NCBI GenBank assembly: GCA_905331485.1
Contig: CAJNYT010001465.1
Location: forward strand, 1-22,979
Origin: Rotaria socialis
Lineage: Eukaryota
Length of the DNA stretch: 22,979 bases
Direction of reading: 5' to 3'
The notes under the pieces are model-generated. The model saw only the letters and a list, made by a program, of their open reading frames with translations. It did no database searches and was not told the origin of the DNA. The translations under genes and the position numbers were made by a program. This document shows positions 20,455-22,979 of the stretch, in pieces (positions within the stretch are counted from its first letter, which is position 1; the number at the start of each line of letters is the position of its first letter).

Positions 20455-20837
20455 TGCTTAATGTACACGATTCTTTCTTTTTCTATGCATCAGGTGTTTA
20501 TAATGAGCCGGCATGTTCAACTGAAGAATGGTTTCACGCAATGGCTGTTGTTGCATATGATGTATTTAATAATGGAACGACGAAACAAGATTCCCATGTT
20601 GCGAATACCGGATCAATTTTTGCGGTATTTATCCGTTCTGCGGTAATGGGAGCCGGTAACCGGACCGGTAAAACCGCGATTAACCGCCGATTTTCATGCG
20701 GTTTTTATTACATGGGTTATTATATTGTAAAAAGCTCTTGGGGTGAGACATGGGGTTGGAATGGTTATATCTGGATGAGTCGCAACAAGAATAATCAATG
20801 TGGAATTGCGAGTCGGGCCAGTTATCCACTTGTCTAG
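20455..20837 (+). CDS. Papain-family (C1A, cathepsin L-like) C-terminal exon. Upstream exons were not located, so it may be a pseudogene or an inactive homologue.
   Basis: Translates [35 protein letters not shown]...[40 protein letters not shown]. This aligns to cathepsin L [34 protein letters not shown]...[39 protein letters not shown]. The frame opens only at 20442, with an acceptor candidate aaaaag at 20449-20454. Confidence 0.6.
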
Positions 20838-21074
20838 AATTGGAGATTTTGGTGCCTTTTTTCTATTCTGTCTTCTTTTTTTTATAATGGCATCAACAAT
20901 ATAAAGAAAATCGAATATAAAGTCCTGATTGATCACAGAAATCGTTATAATCATCGAAAATAACAGCTATTATGAAAATATGAGTAGTCATTTTTCATGG
21001 TCCTCAGACAGATACATGCAGCAAAGGCTCTTGCCTATTAATAATAATGTTAGCAAAGACAAATTTTTACTATC

Positions 21075-21700
21075 TTGAGGATGGGATTGGTGGGTGAGAT
21101 TGCATATATACCCTACTCGACTCTCCTTGCAGAATCACTGGGGATTCCCTGGAAAATCCCAAGGAAGTCCCCGAATTTTACTAGAAAATTAAAAACTCCC
21201 TGGGGAGTCCCTAGAGAATCCCTGTGGGAATTTTTCAGGGAGCCCAGGAATGTATTCACCGCTTTCTTTTGCTCCAATGAAAGTATATAAGAAACTCAAA
21301 ATTTCGAAGAAATTATTATTTATTTTTAACATCAAGTTTTGCCCAAGTGATAAATATCATTTGAATTTCTGCCGATGTCCTCTCAGCGATAACTCATCAT
21401 TTTGAGAAGATTTAACAGTCACCGGAGTTGTCCACTGAGAAGAGGCGTACTAAATGACTTAGATAGAAGATCCTCTTAGAAAGAGACAGATTGGAAAAAA
21501 TTGGTGTCGATTCAGAAAAAGCTAAAGCAAAGTTAAATGACTTAGAAATTCCTGAGAAATCACTAAACTCCTTGTGAAATACTTGATAATTCCTGGGGAC
21601 TTCTTGGAAATTCTCCCGGGACTCCTTGTCATAGCTCCCCGGGAATTTTTACAGGGGACTCCCGGGGGGCTTTTCAGAAGAGAGTTGACTAGGGTAGAAT
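21075..21700. repeat. Composite GC-enriched repetitive element. It has two blocks (about 21140-21250 and 21546-21672) of degenerate ~11-bp tandem units (TCCCYRGRGAA-like), separated by a spacer that contains a 16-bp direct repeat (taaatgacttagawa).
   Basis: Visible ~11-nt periodicity: tccctggaaaa / tcccaaggaag / tccccgaattt / tccctggggag / tccctagagaa / tccctgtggga. Block 2: ttcctgagaaa / tcctggggac / ttcttggaaat / tctcccgggac / tccccgggaat / tcccggggggc. Both strands give repetitive 'proline-rich' pseudo-ORFs. Confidence 0.6.
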
Positions 21701-22388
21701 TATACAATCACAAGCTAGCGAAACGCGTTGCGATTACGTTTATTCAATCTTGTCAATTGTTAGATGTGCATAATATACTATTATCTGCAAAGTTTAAAAG
21801 ATAAACTTCCAATAATAGGATAAAAGAAATACTCCTTCAATCTTATTATAGCGAATTGCAGCTGATGAGCTGTAGCGGATGTACATCATATGTATGACAT
21901 TATAATAATCCGCTAGAGATTACTATTTAAAGTTTCTTATTATAACAAGCAGTAACGGATCAACTGTAACGGATATATTTTCCTCATCATTTGAATAGAG
22001 ATCCAGTATAGGTAGAGCAGTGCAGGCTAATGGGTTTTGACAAACTGTAACCTGCCCTGGTTTATTTAAAACTAGAGAAAGATTGAAACTTTCATGCCAT
22101 TTTTATGCCATTTTGTTGAGTTTATTTAAGACATGAAGTAAAAGAACGGTACTGCGTATCGTGAAAGTTTCTAATCGACAAAATATCATCAGCAACATTT
22201 GAAATTATTGATTATATTTGTGTTTCGATCAACATTGTTATGCGAATCTGGCTTAGATGATATTTCATGAGCACGAAAATCTTACTTATATTGTTGATGA
22301 TGTTTGAGAACTAGTGAATGGTGATAAATGAAGAAAAGATTATGATAAAACTCAAAATCTGAATAACTAAATATACATTTAAGCAGCT

Positions 22389-22437
22389 AAAAACCCAGGT
22401 CAGATTCAAGTTGAACTCATATCTGACTTGGGTTTTC
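22389..22437. repeat. Inverted repeat forming a hairpin with a 16-17 bp stem (one G-U/C-T position) and a 15-nt loop.
   Basis: aaaaacccaggtcagat [tcaagttgaactcat] atctgacttgggttttc. The arms are complementary except for one transition. Confidence 0.6.
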
Positions 22438-22945
22438 ATTTGAAACTGATTTTAATATGATCCCAACTTGATTTCAACATGTTTTCAACCTGAGTTTAGG
22501 AAATTATAACTAAAACTCAATTTCGTCGAAATCAAACTTGATGAAATAAGTTGGAATGTGTGTGGGGGGGGGTGTCGATTACAAGAAGAACTACAGTAAC
22601 ACGATTGAGAAAAAACAAAGGTTTCCGATTAATTGTTGAAGAAAAAGTAGTGCACAAAAAAAAGAATAAATTTTGTTTTTCACTTTTTCGTTTTCTTCAA
22701 ACTTGTTAAACATAAAAATATGTTATAAATAGCTTATCGTTTCTAATTATTGATTTCTCATAGTTTCAGATTCATTAAAATTTATATCAGTCGTAATGCG
22801 CACTGTTATATTTCTACCTTGTCTTCCCATAAAATAAAATTACTTTTGAGCTTTATAAATAAAACAATCTATTTATTGTCTATAATAAAACGATAATATT
22901 GGTCCGTTCAAACTTGTTTGAGTGAGAAATTCGGGTGGCGGTATG

Positions 22946-22979
22946 TTCGCCAATAAGACTTTCGCCAATAAGACATTCG
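22946..22979. repeat. Tandem 15-bp repeat (ttcgccaataagacw), at least 2.3 copies, running off the right window edge.
   Basis: ttcgccaataagact ttcgccaataagaca ttcg. Confidence 0.6.

Noticed and set aside
20455-20460. Initially placed the cathepsin exon acceptor at 'ctatgcatcag' (20493)
   Set aside because: The upstream in-frame residues [12 protein letters not shown] align to cathepsin L [12 protein letters not shown], so the exon must begin further 5' (frame opens at 20442; acceptor aaaaag at 20449-20454).
20650-20680. Walker-A-like 'GAGNRTGKT' in the cathepsin insertion
   Set aside because: The spacing is G-x5-GKT rather than G-x4-GK[ST], and it sits in a 38-aa insertion of anomalous composition, so it is a coincidence.
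22010-22065. Locally GC-richer stretch checked as a possible tRNA
   Set aside because: No GTTCRA T-loop or cloverleaf-compatible complementarity; not a tRNA.
1-22979. Prokaryote-style features (operons, CRISPR arrays, RBS, rho-independent terminators)
   Set aside because: The sequence is clearly eukaryotic nuclear DNA (spliceosomal GT-AG introns, WD40/LRR/MAM/LDLa metazoan domains, LINE fragment), so such calls would be meaningless here.

Overview
This window reads as AT-rich metazoan nuclear DNA with short GT-AG introns, mostly 42-91 bp; that intron size is flatworm-like, but this is inference only. It is not prokaryotic, so no CRISPR, operon or rRNA calls are made. Two multi-exon genes are reconstructed, arranged head to head. 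The first is a complete telomerase/vault-associated protein 1 (TEP1) orthologue on the minus strand, 7 exons at 11771..3088. Its domains run N-terminal S/T-rich repeats, TROVE, a degenerate vWA, NACHT with Walker A 'GQQGSGKT', and about 20 WD40 repeats. The second is a CEP78 (centrosomal protein 78) orthologue on the plus strand, 12 exons at 12387..15836, with ribonuclease-inhibitor-type LRRs followed by a coiled coil and the conserved C-terminal 'LGELITMAGLD' region. The left edge carries a 5'-truncated non-LTR retrotransposon endonuclease fragment and an unidentified 194-aa coiled-coil ORF. Downstream of CEP78 there is a signal-peptide, LDLa-MAM-LDLa-(MAM) secreted-protein gene whose 3' end was not resolved. 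An orphan papain-family (cathepsin L-like) C-terminal exon follows; it has a catalytic Asn->Ser change and a GC-rich, palindrome-bearing 114-bp in-frame insertion. The window also holds a composite GC-rich repeat made of about 11-bp degenerate tandem units rich in kappaB/STAT-like palindromes, several hairpin or palindromic elements, and simple repeats. Exon boundaries were derived by hand using GT-AG and phase consistency; the large exons are secure, and some small-exon boundaries are uncertain.
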